Origin: a bacterium
Lineage (GTDB): Bacteria > UBA8248 > JACPRG01 > G963555815
NCBI GenBank assembly: GCA_965261595.1
Contig: CBDHDG010000006.1
Span: 1-64,000 of the forward strand
Direction: 5' to 3'
DNA: 64,000 nt
A program made the translations under genes and the position numbers. The notes below the pieces were generated by a model. It was not told the DNA's origin and did not search any database. It saw nothing but the letters and a program-made list of their open reading frames with translations. Positions within the stretch are counted from its first letter, which is position 1, and the number at the start of each line of letters is the position of its first letter. Positions 10,150 to 21,443 of the stretch are shown piece after piece.

Positions 10150-10337
10150 GCGCATGGCTCCGGGAATCAAGGGAGCGTGGACCGGGACCGTCGAACCCTT
10201 GCATAGGTTTCCGGGTGGTCATACGGATCGAACCCGTCACCGCCTTGACCCGCACACAGGGGATCGGTCCATGATGGAAGCGCACTGGCATTCCGATCCG
10301 CGATCGCCTATATTTCTTCCAGAATGGAGGAAAGATA

Positions 10338-10961
10338 ATGGCGACAAGCATTGCGTCCCAGACCCTGTCGGCGAACGAGGCGGCCTGTGTGACCGGCGTG
10401 CCCCTGAAACAGGTCCACCGCATCATCGACGCTGGCCTGTTGGGCAGCGCCGCCACAAACCACAAGGGTTCCCGCGCTGTCCTTCGCGACGGCTTGGTGG
10501 GCCTGAAGCTCGCCCACGAGACGACGGACACCCTCACCCTCGATGGACGCCGGCGGATCGTGCGCTATCTCCTCGACAATCCGGAGGCCCGGGCGGCGCG
10601 TGAGAGCCACGTTTCCGTGGACGTGCGGCTCATGAAGGGCGAAGTCCGGCGAGGGCTTTCCATGCTGGCCAAGGCGCGGAAGATGATCGGGGCCGACAAG
10701 GCCGTACTCTCCGGCGCCGCGTGCATCAAGGGAACCCGCATACCCGCTCACGATATCGCCGAAATGCTCGCCAACGGCGACGGCGTTCACGCAATCCGCG
10801 ACGCCTACCCGGCGCTCACTGGTGCACAGATCGAAGCCGCGGTCCTCTATGCCCGGGCCTACCCGCGCCGTGGCCGTCCCCGTGGCGAGCCCTTCTGGCG
10901 CAACCGGAAGCCGGTCATCTCGAGCGAGGTCGCCTTCCACGAGCTGCCTCCGACCCGGTGA
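10338..10961 (+). CDS. HTH + DUF433 antitoxin (VapB45-like)
   Basis: VLSGAACIKGTRIP...AYPALTGAQIEAA; stop overlaps (GTGA) the start of a PIN-type toxin. Confidence 0.85.
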   Translation: MATSIASQTLSANEAACVTGVPLKQVHRIIDAGLLGSAATNHKGSRAVLRDGLVGLKLAHETTDTLTLDGRRRIVRYLLDNPEARAARESHVSVDVRLMKGEVRRGLSMLAKARKMIGADKAVLSGAACIKGTRIPAHDIAEMLANGDGVHAIRDAYPALTGAQIEAAVLYARAYPRRGRPRGEPFWRNRKPVISSEVAFHELPPTR

Positions 10962-10979
10962 AGTTCCTGATTGATGAAT
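10958..10979 (+). pseudogene. First 7 codons (MKFLIDE) of a DUF5615/PIN-like toxin, cut by IS3
   Basis: MKFLIDE is the typical N-terminus of toxins paired with DUF433; the IS IR starts at 10980. Confidence 0.7.
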
Positions 10980-12390
10980 TGGAGTTGACCCGTTTTTGTG
11001 GACACCTTCAGACTGTGCGGAGGAGGTGTTCAGATGCCGAAAACTCATTCACCCTACGCGCCGGAATACCGGCGCCAGATGGTTGAGCTGGTTCGCTCGG
11101 GCCGTACGCCCGGGGAGCTGGCCCGGGAGTTCGAGTGTTCCGCTTCGGCGATTCGCAACTGGGTGCGCCAGGCCGACCGCGACGAGGGCCGTCGTGAGGA
11201 CGGTCTGACAAGCTCAGAGCTCGAGGAGCTACGGCGGCTTCGTCGGGACAATCGTCAGCTTCGCGAAGAACGCGAGATACTGGCAAAAGCTACGGCTTGG
11301 TTCGCTCGGGAGACCGGCTCGGTCCGGGCGAAGTCTTCGAGCTCGTGAAGGCGAATCGGGCCTGCCATCGGGTGGCCACGATGTGCCGTCGGCTGGGTGT
11401 CTCCCCCAGCGGATACTACGCGTGGCGAAGCCGTGGGCGTTCGAATCATGCGAAGCGCGAGGAGGCGTTGCGTGGCACGATCCGAGCCATCCACGAGGTG
11501 TCTGGTGGCACCTACGGGGCGCCTTCGGGTCCATGCCGAGCTGATGGCCGGCGGCTGCCGGGTGAGCCGCAAACGGGTGGCTCGTCTGATGCGCGAGGCA
11601 GGGTTGGCCGGGGTGAGCCGACGCCGAGGCATGCGCACCACGCGCGTGGACCAGAGCCATTGTGTGGTCCCGGACCGGGTCGAACGCCAGTTCCAGGCCG
11701 ATGCGCCGGACCGGCTTTGGGTGGCCGTCGTGACCTACGTGCCGACCTGGGCGGGGTTCGTGTACCTGGCCATCGTGCTCGACGTGTTCAGCCGCCGGGT
11801 GGTGGGATGGTCGATGACCCACCATCTTCGCACCGAACTGGTGCTCGGGGCGCTGAACATGGCGTTGGGACAGCGCCGCCCGACGGGGTCGTGCATCACT
11901 CCGACAGGGGATCGCAGTACACTTCGCTCGCCTTTGGGAAGCGGTGCCGGGAGATGGGGGTGGTTCCCTCGACCGGGTCGGCCGGGGATTGCTTCGACAA
12001 CGCCATGGCCGAGAGCTTCTTTGCCACGCTGGAGTGCGAGCTCATCGACCGACGCTCGTTCCGTACCCAGGCCGAAGCGCGCCTGGCGATCTTCCAATTC
12101 ATCGAAGGCTGGTACAACCCGCGCCGTCGTCATTCGGCCCTGGGTTACCTCAGCCCCAACGACTACGAGCGGTCCGCGGCGAAGGAAACGCCACGTGCAG
12201 TGCGCAACGCTCATCGTCCGGCTCGAGCCGTCCCCGGTGCTTCCCGGAGCAGCGAGCCAAAGGTCAAGACATACCCCCCGGGGGCACCCTATCTATCGGA
12301 TCGGGAGAAGACTTTACGTCCACCGGCTGTCGCCCACCTCAGGGCTGGGGACGACAGCCCTAAACTGTCCACTGAAACGGGGTAACTCCA
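10980..12390 (+). mobile_element. IS3-family element (orfA 11034-11348; orfB 11345-12385 with two frameshifts and first catalytic Asp apparently changed, WVAV)
   Basis: IRs TGGAGTTGACCCGTTTTTGTGGAC / GTCCACTGAAACGGGGTAACTCCA; HHSDRGSQY, DNAMAESFF; no target duplication seen. Confidence 0.93.
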
Positions 12391-12665
12391 GTCGGAAGAA
12401 CGAGATCCTGACCCTGCGTTGGGAGGACGTGGCGCTGGATCAGAACGAATTGAGGCTGCCCGACGCCAAGACGGGCGCACGGGTGGTTCCATTGTCACCC
12501 TCGGCGGTGAGGCTTCTTTCCGGCCTGCCGCGAGAACCGGGCAACCCGTGTGTCATTCCCGGGCGGAAGCCGGGCACGCATATGAGCAACGTGGATCAGG
12601 CCTGGCAGGTCATCCGGGCGAGGGCTGGCCTGGAGGACGTCCGGATCCATGACCTGCGACACACT
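12391..12665 (+). pseudogene. Tyrosine integrase catalytic-domain fragment
   Basis: RKNEILTLRWEDV...KTGARVVPLS...RIHDLRHT, continuing as YAS after the next IS (14074). Confidence 0.88.
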
Positions 12666-14068
12666 GGACCGCCCCTGGGTTATTGGACACTCGGGTGAGG
12701 GTATTCGACCTCATGCGGCCTCCGCAACTTGAGCGAGTTTTTCCTGCCTTGCCTGGGCCGGCGTTCGGTAGCCGTAGCCCTCGAGAATCCAATGATGGTT
12801 GTACAGGTTTTTGAACTCAAGCAGCGCCCACCGCAGTTCCTCTACGGTGGCGAAAGAGCGCACCCACAGGAGATTCTCCTTCAAGATGCGGATAAACCAC
12901 TCACAGTAGCCATTTCCCTCGGGCGCCCGCACGAAGCTGGGCGAACTGGTCATGCCCAGGTAGGCGATCTCCCGCTGAAAGTCATCGGACAGATAGGCGG
13001 GGCCGTGGTCGTGACGAACTTTAAGCCCCTCGGCGACGTCCGCCTCCAAGCCGGCGAAGCGCTCGGCGACCCCCTGCCGGATCGGCTCCAGGGCCTCGAA
13101 GCGGTTGCCGCTCTTGGCCGCATGGATCCCCACGCAGTCCACCGAGCAGTGATCCACCGCCACGAACACCGAGGCCATCCCCTCCTCGGTGGTCACCGTC
13201 GTCGTCATGTCCGTGCCCCACATTCGGTCGGGCCGCTCGGTGCGGATGGTCCCGTTGTGGGCCTTGGGACCTCGGGGTTTGCCCACCCGGTGGGGGGCCT
13301 GAAGCCCCGCCTCCCGCATCAGGCGACGCACCCGCTCCTTGCTGGTGCGGATGCCCGCGAAGCGCAGCCTCGCCCACACCTTGCGGTAGCCCTCGCCATG
13401 GAAGGGAGAGTCCTCCAGGACCTGCCGGATGTGGCCGAGGAGTTCCGCATCGGTGCACGGGCCCACAGGGCCGCGCTTATTGGGCGTGGGGCGTTCATGA
13501 ACGGGGACCGCCTCTCGCCGCCGTTGCGCGTAGACCGTGGAGCGCGCCAAGCCCCAAAGGGCGCACACCCGCTTCAGGCCGTAGGCTCTGCCCGTGGAGG
13601 TGAAGCGGGCCTGACTCATCGCCTCCACCTCCTGCCGGCTAAAGGGCGGCCGGCCTCCAGGCGGTCGATCTTCTCCCGCAGGACCTCGCCCTCCATCGTG
13701 AGTTCGCCCACCTTGGCCTTGAGCCGGGCGTTCTCCTCGTCCCGCTCATCCGCCGGGCGGGCTTTGAGCGCCGCCTCGCCCCCGCGAAGGAACGCCTCGC
13801 GCCAGGCGGAAAGCCGAGCCGCTGTCGTGCCCAACTCGCGGCAGAGCGTCTCCAGGCTCTCGCCCCGCAAAAGACGCAGGACCGCCTCCCGCTTGCGCTG
13901 GCAGGAGAACCGACCCCGCTCACTGCGATGCCCTGGGGCCTTGGCTCCGTTCGCCCTGCGGGCGCCCTCCGCCAAAGCCCCCTCTTGCTTTTGTTCGTTC
14001 ATCGCGACACCCCTTTCTCCATGAATCATGGATCAATCGAGTGTCCAACAAAACCCTAGAGCGGGGGA
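12666..14068 (-). mobile_element. IS3-family element (orfA 14002-13616; orfB 13619-12711) inserted in the integrase HT codons
   Basis: Subterminal IR TTGGACACTCG at both ends; ACACT present on both flanks (12661-12665, 14069-14073); WGTDMT, RHDHG, PEGNG motifs. Exact ends uncertain by a few bp. Confidence 0.88.
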
Positions 14069-14071
14069 ACA

Positions 14072-14269
14072 CTTATGCATCTCTACCTTATGGCTTAGCT
14101 GCTTGAGTGAATCTATCTTACTGGGAATATTGTCTTTTTTACTCTCTTCCGCAGCTTCCAAGGATCGCTGAATTCCAATCCGTGTACAAGCGGTCATCGG
14201 ATTGGACTCAATGGAAGGGGTGACATGTCCACCCTGAGCTATCATTTTCCCGAATTCGCGATTGGTGCC
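14072..14269 (+). repeat. ~200-bp element-end repeat, copy 1
   Basis: Aligns by eye with 29351-29549; contains the hairpin TCCAATCCG-N15-CGGATTGGA (14174-14206). Confidence 0.9.
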
Positions 14270-14807
14270 GCCCGCGCCCGCCGTTGCCACCCTCTTCGCA
14301 CCCCCGTTTCCCCTGTCGGTAGGACGCGCAACGGTCCTCCGAACCACTTGTTAGCGGCTGCGCCAAACCGCAGATAAATGGCGAACAGCGGATTCCGCTT
14401 CCAGCGATCACAGGCGCCGGTGACGATTCAGAACGGTGGGTCGGTGTCTGACCACAGGCGGTGTGAGCCTGGCCATGGCGCGGCGCTGGCAGCAGGGGTG
14501 CTTGGAATCATCATCGATGTGCTCGGAATCGCCGCCGATTCGATGACGATCCAGGAGAAGGAATGGGCTGGGACCGGAGTGATACGGAAGGGAATCTGGG
14601 CATTGCCTCAGCGGCATTTGATCTCGCCTCGATGCTGGTCGGGGTGCGGATTCCTACGTACTTGGCGGGAATTCCGTGGCCGCAGGGCCAAGAGTGCCGC
14701 CGCTTGACCCTCCTCGCTCACGCGGGCCGCATTCCCGATCCCGGCGGGGCGCGAGCCGGTCGTCGAACGTTGCGGTCACCCCCATCATTCGATGGACGCG
14801 AGTGGGC

Positions 14808-15101
14808 ATGAAAATCACTATCCTCCCCTGTCTGCGGTCGCAGCCCTCCAGAAGGGAACCTGGCGAACGCACACGCGCTGACGATGTGGGCCATTCGCAG
14901 CGCTTACAATCCAGGTCCTCCCACCTCCGGAACAACTGTCGAAGACGAGTTAAGGAGAAGCTTGGCGGCTGCTCGAACATGACAATCTGGCGATTGCGCA
15001 GGGATGAAAAGCTGCCGAAGCCAAAGAAGCTTGGGAACAGGAATGTCACTCTGGAAGATGACGTTGATAGGGCAATGGAGCTGCTTGTTGTTGGCGCATG
15101 A
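14808..15101 (+). CDS. AlpA-like HTH regulator/directionality factor (start uncertain, may be degenerate)
   Basis: VKEKLGGCSNMTIWRLRRDEKLPKPKKLG...EDDVD. Confidence 0.55.
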   Translation: MKITILPCLRSQPSRREPGERTRADDVGHSQRLQSRSSHLRNNCRRRVKEKLGGCSNMTIWRLRRDEKLPKPKKLGNRNVTLEDDVDRAMELLVVGA

Positions 15102-15133
15102 CTTCCACATCGAAACCGTGCACTACCCGCTGC

Positions 15134-15823
15134 CTAAACCTCTTCCTCGAGGATTTGACCGTGCTCCCTTAGCCAGCCGCGAGCTCTGTCCATGGTGGGT
15201 ACTTGTGTCTTCACTATGTTCCAGAATCGTGGCGTATGGTTGGGCTCCAAAAGGTGGGCGAGTTCATGGGCGATAACGTAATCGATCACAAAGATCGGCG
15301 CCTTAATTAACCGCCAGTTCAGGTTGATGTTGTCACAAACTGTGCATGAGCCCCACCGATATCGACTATCAACGATGCGCGCCTTCCCAAAGGAAACGCC
15401 AAGCTCTCGAGCCTGCTTCACAACGCGAGGTAGAATTCGCTCCTTTGCTCGCGCGATGTACCACTCACGCATGGCACCCTTCTTGTGAGGCGCAAGCGAT
15501 GCCGGAATCAGAAAACGCTGATCAAACCGAATACATTCCGTCTCTTTGTCGACGACTTCGATACGGTAGCTCCGCCCAAGATATAGCGCGGACTCACCAT
15601 TAACGAGCTCTTTTCCAGGTGGATGAGGGCGCCCCGTGTTTTTTTGGCTATGCCGTGTTTTCTCGTAGATCCAATGCCGCTTGGCTTCGACTATCCGCAC
15701 AATTGCTTCATCGGACGCATGATTCGGAGCGTGCACAACAACCTTTCTGTCACGCTCGATAGTGATCGTAACCTTCGTTCGTTTTGAAGATCTTTTTACC
15801 GAATAGGTAATATCCATCGTCAC
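15134..15823 (-). CDS. M48/SprT-like (YgjP/DUF45) metallo-hydrolase associated with type I RM
   Basis: RWGSC, NLNWRLI, DYVIAHELAHL..NHTPRFW; directly downstream of hsdR. Confidence 0.88.
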   Translation of the reverse strand: MTMDITYSVKRSSKRTKVTITIERDRKVVVHAPNHASDEAIVRIVEAKRHWIYEKTRHSQKNTGRPHPPGKELVNGESALYLGRSYRIEVVDKETECIRFDQRFLIPASLAPHKKGAMREWYIARAKERILPRVVKQARELGVSFGKARIVDSRYRWGSCTVCDNINLNWRLIKAPIFVIDYVIAHELAHLLEPNHTPRFWNIVKTQVPTMDRARGWLREHGQILEEEV

Positions 15824-18800
15824 TAGTCCGCGAAAAGAATCATGTCATTGTTCTTTTCAGCGATTTCCATAACTCGGCTAATGATGTGCGCACGATTCTT
15901 GATGAGGTCAGGCACTTTGGCGAACTCAGGCGCGAGCAAGGTTTTTTGGATCTCTGCTTTCAGCTCGTTGCGGGCCGGAATGCTCTCCCAGAATCCTGCC
16001 AATTTCAGCTCTCTCTCAATAACGAGAGTAATCTGCTGTGTCAAATCTACTAGATAGCTGATTCGGTCTTCATCGTCGATGCCATAGACAGCAGGCTCCT
16101 CAGCCACCTGAGACTGATCCACAGTCGGCTTATCTGCACCGAATAGCTCACGCTGAAACATTCGAAAGAATGGCATTTGCTTTTTTCGATGCAATCCGTA
16201 TGTTGGCTCGTTGCTGGCATTGATAATGCGCGCCCGCAGCTTCTCTAGTTCTTCGTAGATCTTGTTCCAGTTGTCGCGGAATTGCTCAAAGATGACCGCC
16301 AGGGCTTCGGCGAAGGAGGCTCGCAGGTCCGGATCATCGTCCAGGTCTACGTCGAGGTGGTGGCGGATCGCGTGCTCGATTTCGGCCGCCTTGGTCTTGG
16401 TCCGGCGGTGCTCGCCGACACCCTTCTCGAAATCCTCGTCAAGGATCGAGATCGGCGGGACTTTGACATCGATGCCCCGGGACTCGAGGTGGGCATCCGT
16501 GATTGCACGAAGCTTCGCCGGGATCCCCTTCATGCTCAGGCGCTGGTCGCGGAAGTGTTTTCCGGCGAGCACATTTATCTCGGCAAGCGCCTTGTAGTCG
16601 CCCATGAACTCTAGGGCCTGGCGGGCCGGGAACAGGAGATTGAGCGACTTGGTCAGCCGCTTGAACGCCAGCATGAAGTCAAAGCGCAGGTCCTCGTCGT
16701 AGAACACATCGTAGAAGGCATCGTGATCGCTCATGTCCGTAAGTCCGTGCTTCTGGAGCAGGGCCATCACGGCGGCGTGGGCTTCCTCGAGTTCCCGCAA
16801 CTCCTCATCGGGGAAGCTCAGGGCGTCGATGATCTCCTTCTGCTCGCGCTCGTCGTAGGTGTCGATCGCTTTCTTGAGATGGTGGCCAATGCCGACATAG
16901 TCCACCACGAAGCCCTTGTCCTTGGATTCGCCGCCCACGCGGTTCACACGGGCGATGGCCTGCAGCAGGTTATGCGCAACCACGACCTTGTCCAGATACA
17001 TCACCTGCTCGACCGGCGCATCGAAGCCGGTAAGCAGCATGTTGTTGACAATGAGAATCCCCAGGTCGCCGTTGACACCGTCTTCTTCACTGCCGAACGC
17101 CAGTTTGAAGCTCTTGATGCTCGCCTCGTGCCGTGACGAGTCGGAATACTCTTTGAGGTGGGGCAGGTCGTTGTGGCGTCTGGAGATCACGACGTCCGTC
17201 TTCATCGCCTTGAGGCGGTCCAAGTCCAGCTTGCCCGTGTCGGCCTGCTCCAGCTTTGCGACCGCCGCCGCGAGCGCGGCGTCCAGGTGCTTCTTGTAGC
17301 GCACGGCAGCCTCGCGTGACGTCGCCACCACCTGCGCCTTGTAGCCGTTGGGGAACACATGCGCGAGGTAGTGCTCCACCATGTCCCTGGCCTTGGCCTC
17401 GATGGTCAGCTCTGCCTCGAGATAGGCGTCCCGCGATCCGTACCCGAGGATGTCCAGACGCTGCTGGATGTTGTACTCGCTGAACACGTCCTCGAACGCC
17501 GCGTCCATCCCGCCCTGGTCGGGGACCTCCGCGTTGTGCGTGCGGCCCTCGTAGACGATCTCCAGCGTCACGCCGTCCTCGATGGACTGGCGCATCGTGT
17601 ACTTGTCGATGTAGTCGCCGAAGACTTGCTCGGTCTTGTCAATCGGCGTGCCCGTGTAGCCGATCTTGGCGGCGTTGGGGATGCCCTTGTCGAGGTTGGC
17701 CCCAAGCAGCTTGTACTGCGATCGGTGGGCCTCGTCGGTCATGACGAGGATGTTGGGGCTGGCGTTCAGCTCCGGGAAGGTCTCGGTCAGGTCCGCCTCG
17801 CGGAACTTGTGGATCATCGCCATCACCAGGTCGGAGGTGTCGGCGCTGAGCAGTTCCTTAAGCCCCTTGATGCTGTCGGCCAGCTTCACCGTGAAGCCGA
17901 TGCTCTGACTGGTCTCGGACAGCTGCTGTTCCAATTGGGTGCGGTCGGTGATGAAGACCGACCTTCCAGTTCGAGAGCTGCGCGTGACGGTACATCTCCC
18001 GAACCATGAACATCATGGTGAGCGACTTGCCGGAGCCCTGGGTGTGCCAGATGATCCCGCTGCGCTTGCGGGGATTACGGCCTTCGAGCAGCCGCTTCAC
18101 CGCCAGCTTCACCGCGCGGAACTGTTGGTAGCGGCCGACGATCTTGATCGTCTGGCCCTTGTCATTCGTCGAGAATAGCGTGAAGGTCCGAATCAGGTCG
18201 AGCAGGTTGTCCCGGTCGAGCATGCCGGCGACGAGACGCTGCTGGTCGTTGGAGCTGCCTGAGCCGTGGCCCAGCTCGTCCACGGTTCGTGGATACGGGT
18301 CGGCCCAGCGGTAGAAGTACTTCTCCGTGTGCGTGGTGATGGTGCCGAACTTGGCTTCCTGCCGGCAGGTCGCCACGACGAACTGGCAGTAGTAGAAGAG
18401 CGGTGCATTCCCTTCCCCCTTGGCCCCGCGCTGCTCGCTGTAGCGGAGGAGCTGATCGATCGCCTCGGGAATCGCGTCCTTGACCTTGGGCGATTTACAC
18501 TCGATCACCACCACTGGCAGGCCGTTGAGGAACAGCACGACATCGGGGATGATGTGGTGCTCGGTGCCGAGGACGCGGACCTTGAACTGGCAGACCGCGA
18601 TGAAGCGGTTGTTGTCGCGGGTCGCAAAGTCCGCGAAGCGGACGGTCGGGCTCTTCTCGCCGCTCTGACGGTTCTCGCTGACGCTGGTGTTCTCCAGTAG
18701 GAGCTGGAACAGGTGCTTGTTGTTCTCCAGCAAACCGGTGCTCGGGAAGCTCGCGGTGAGCTGCTTGACGACCTCCTCGACCTGATCGTCTTCGAGCCAG

Positions 18801-19009
18801 GGGTTGATGACCTTGAGCCGCTCGCCCAGCACCGGCGTCATCACGACCTCGGTGAAGCTCTCCCGATGGGTGTCGGCCGGGGTCTGCTTCATGTCCGTCA
18901 GGTCGATGACCTCCCAGCCCAAGCCCGCAAGCTGGTCGAGCAGCGGCTTCTCGACGTGGTTGCGCTCGTCGAGCTTGACGTGCTTCGGGGTTTTGCCTGG
19001 GGAGCTCAT
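15823..19009 (-). pseudogene. hsdR: Type I restriction subunit HsdR, +1 frameshift near 17960
   Basis: PDVVLFLNGLPVVVIECK, WHTQGSGKS, DEAHRSQ, TGTP, LLTGFDAP, QAIARVNR; frame break in KVV/FITDR. Confidence 0.92.
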
Positions 19010-21123
19010 TCTGAATCTCCTCCATCGCGCTCTTCACCGTCGACGCTTCCGATAAACAGTAGCTTCTCCCGTGCTTGGTCACCCGCGAAACGGATGTCCC
19101 AGCGCCTCTCCATGAATCTAATCAACCGAATGCCTCGCTCGCGAATCTCATCGGGCCCCCAATCTTCGTAATGGGAGACTTCAATTTCCGAGTGCGATCC
19201 GTCTGCATAACCGTTGCGGAGCTTACTGCCATCGCGGTTGCACTTGGGCTTCTTCTTTTCGGCGAAGGCGTCGTTCTGCAGCGAAGAGTTGATCGCGGAA
19301 GAGAGGAGCAACAGGTTCCCGAGGCTATTGCGGTACGCCTCCCGCTTTTGCTTACGGATACTTTTGAAGGCCGGCTTCCACGCCACCGTCTCGGATTGCG
19401 GATAAATATGCTCGATGGAGATTTTGTCCTTCGGCGTCTTGAGCAAATCCGCCCAGTCGACCTTCTTCTGGCGACTGCTGGACAGCAGCTCCAACTCGTA
19501 CTCGTAAAGGAAATACCGCAAGCCGGGCCAGTCGTAGTAGCCCTGACCGTTCTTGAACTTCTTCTGAAGCAACAGATAGAATTCGTCGTTCGCAAAATGG
19601 CCATCATCCGTGAACGTGAAGCTCATCCGGTTCCGCAGTCGCTCCTTCAATTCCGCCAAATCCATGTCGCCACGGTCGATCGCGCGGACGGCGTTGCTGA
19701 ACTCCGAGCTGCGATAATTCGAACGGGTTTGGGTCAGCCGGAACACGACGAAGACAAACCGTTCGATCTCCTTGAAGGTACCGATACGCTGGTCGGGATC
19801 ATCGAATGTCTTCAGAATCGCCATCAGCAACGGGCGAAAATACGCCATGCCCAGCCGATTAAGGCGTAGAATCCATTCAATTTCTTTCCGCGTCAAATCG
19901 TCAGACATCTCAGGGTAGAACGTTCCGAACCAGTGAACCGAAGACGCCTTGAGGCTCTTGACGTAGTCGCGAATCTCGTTCGGCCGCAACTCAGCCACCA
20001 TCATCGGCTCTCTGCTTTCGACCTCGTCAAGTCCGTTCTCGTCGTCCGCTTCCAGGTCCGCGTCATATGTCTGCTCCTCGGCTTCCTCCAGTTCCGCCGG
20101 CTGAACGATCTTGCGATGGACACGCTGCGGTCTGAACTGCTCCTCCAGCAGAAACTTGATGTAGTCTCGCCCCGTCTGCCGCGAGAACTTGAAATACACC
20201 ATCCAGTGGGCCCGCAGAAAGTCGTCGTCGTTCAGCGGCTTCGACTTGTTGCGCCCCAACTGGAAGTAAACCTCCTTCCAAGCGTCGTTGATTAAGTTAC
20301 GGAGATCTCTGCGCTCCGCAGGATCCAGCTCCGCATCGGTATAGAGGGTCGTCAGGTAGATCAAACGATTCTTGAGCAATTCCAGATCTGACAGCGTCTT
20401 GCCGCGGTTGTTCATCGTCTCGAAGGCGACGAAAACGTCGAACTCGTCCTTGATGATGTACTCGTTGAACAGGAACCGTTTGGTCAGCGTGCGGTATATG
20501 CCTTGGAGCCCTGTGATCCCTTCTTCTTTGTGCCAGGCTCGCAGTTGCTCTTTGAAGTAGCGCTTCCCATTGCTAAGGTTGAGCGTATAGAACGTCTCGA
20601 ACACCGTGCCACCACCCACCTCGCCCAGAATCCGGTACCGCATGTACTCGTAGCTGGGGTTGTCAACCGTGTAGCCGAACTTGTAAGTGCGAAAGGCCTC
20701 CCCGGCCGGTTTCACCTCGAACAGAAACTTGCTTTCAACGGCCGCGATGCTGAGTGTGTCGGTCAGGTAGATCGCGTCATCCGCCTGGCCCTCGTTTTCA
20801 GGCAAGCTGCGAAACAACTCGATGAAGGCTTGCAGAAACAGCGTGAAGGTCGTCAGCCGCTGCTGGCCGTCGACGATGTGGTACAGCTTGTACGAATGGT
20901 CATCGACCAGCCAGAACTCCTTGTCATCTTTCTGAACGTCGGCGGACGGAATCTCCTTCAGAGTCAGCACGCCGGTATAGTGAGAGCGACCGTCGGGCAG
21001 GTTGATGAGATCCTCCCAGAAGGCGTCCAACTGCTCGCGTCCCCAGGCGTAACCGCGCTGGTAGTCGGGAATGCGGAACAGCTTCTCCTTGAAGAAGCTA
21101 TCGAGTGGTTTGGGTTCGTCCAT
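19006..21123 (-). CDS. GmrSD-family (DUF262 + DUF1524 HNH) modification-dependent nuclease
   Basis: IPDYQRGYAW, IVDGQQRLTT, FETMNNRGK, SIEHIYPQ, LGNLLLL. Confidence 0.9.
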   Translation of the reverse strand: MDEPKPLDSFFKEKLFRIPDYQRGYAWGREQLDAFWEDLINLPDGRSHYTGVLTLKEIPSADVQKDDKEFWLVDDHSYKLYHIVDGQQRLTTFTLFLQAFIELFRSLPENEGQADDAIYLTDTLSIAAVESKFLFEVKPAGEAFRTYKFGYTVDNPSYEYMRYRILGEVGGGTVFETFYTLNLSNGKRYFKEQLRAWHKEEGITGLQGIYRTLTKRFLFNEYIIKDEFDVFVAFETMNNRGKTLSDLELLKNRLIYLTTLYTDAELDPAERRDLRNLINDAWKEVYFQLGRNKSKPLNDDDFLRAHWMVYFKFSRQTGRDYIKFLLEEQFRPQRVHRKIVQPAELEEAEEQTYDADLEADDENGLDEVESREPMMVAELRPNEIRDYVKSLKASSVHWFGTFYPEMSDDLTRKEIEWILRLNRLGMAYFRPLLMAILKTFDDPDQRIGTFKEIERFVFVVFRLTQTRSNYRSSEFSNAVRAIDRGDMDLAELKERLRNRMSFTFTDDGHFANDEFYLLLQKKFKNGQGYYDWPGLRYFLYEYELELLSSSRQKKVDWADLLKTPKDKISIEHIYPQSETVAWKPAFKSIRKQKREAYRNSLGNLLLLSSAINSSLQNDAFAEKKKPKCNRDGSKLRNGYADGSHSEIEVSHYEDWGPDEIRERGIRLIRFMERRWDIRFAGDQAREKLLFIGSVDGEERDGGDSE

Positions 21124-21177
21124 CGCAATACTCCTTGATTAGTGTGGCTCGACGGATTCAAGCAATAGCGTGACGCG

Positions 21178-21427
21178 TTACTCGCCGGCGAGCTGCTTGA
21201 CGCCCTCCTCGACCGGATTGTCTTCGAGCCAATTGATGACCTTGCGCCGCTCGCGCAGCACCAGCGGCATCACGACGTCGGTGAAGCTCTCCCGATGTGT
21301 GTCGGCCGGGGTCCGTGAGGTCGATGACCTCGCAGCCCAAGCCCGCGAGCTGGTCGAGCAGCGGCCTCTCGATGTGGTTGCGCTCGTCGAGGCGGAAAGG
21401 CTCACGTGATTGTGCGAGGCTGGGCAT
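21178..21427 (-). pseudogene. Degenerate duplicate of the hsdR 5' end
   Basis: 21190-21391 aligns with 18759-18973 (LDERNH.E.PLLDQLAGLG.EVIDLT / TPADTHRESFT.VV), with small deletions and a stop. Confidence 0.88.
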
Positions 21428-21443
21428 GGTTGTGTCCTGCGGT

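Noticed and set aside
8167..10170. 667-aa minus-strand ORF and other long shadow ORFs (e.g. 38759-40585, 30608-32056)
   Set aside because: These are GC-rich antisense or alternate frames overlapping well-supported genes; only the last 110 aa of the 667-aa ORF (pilin) is credible
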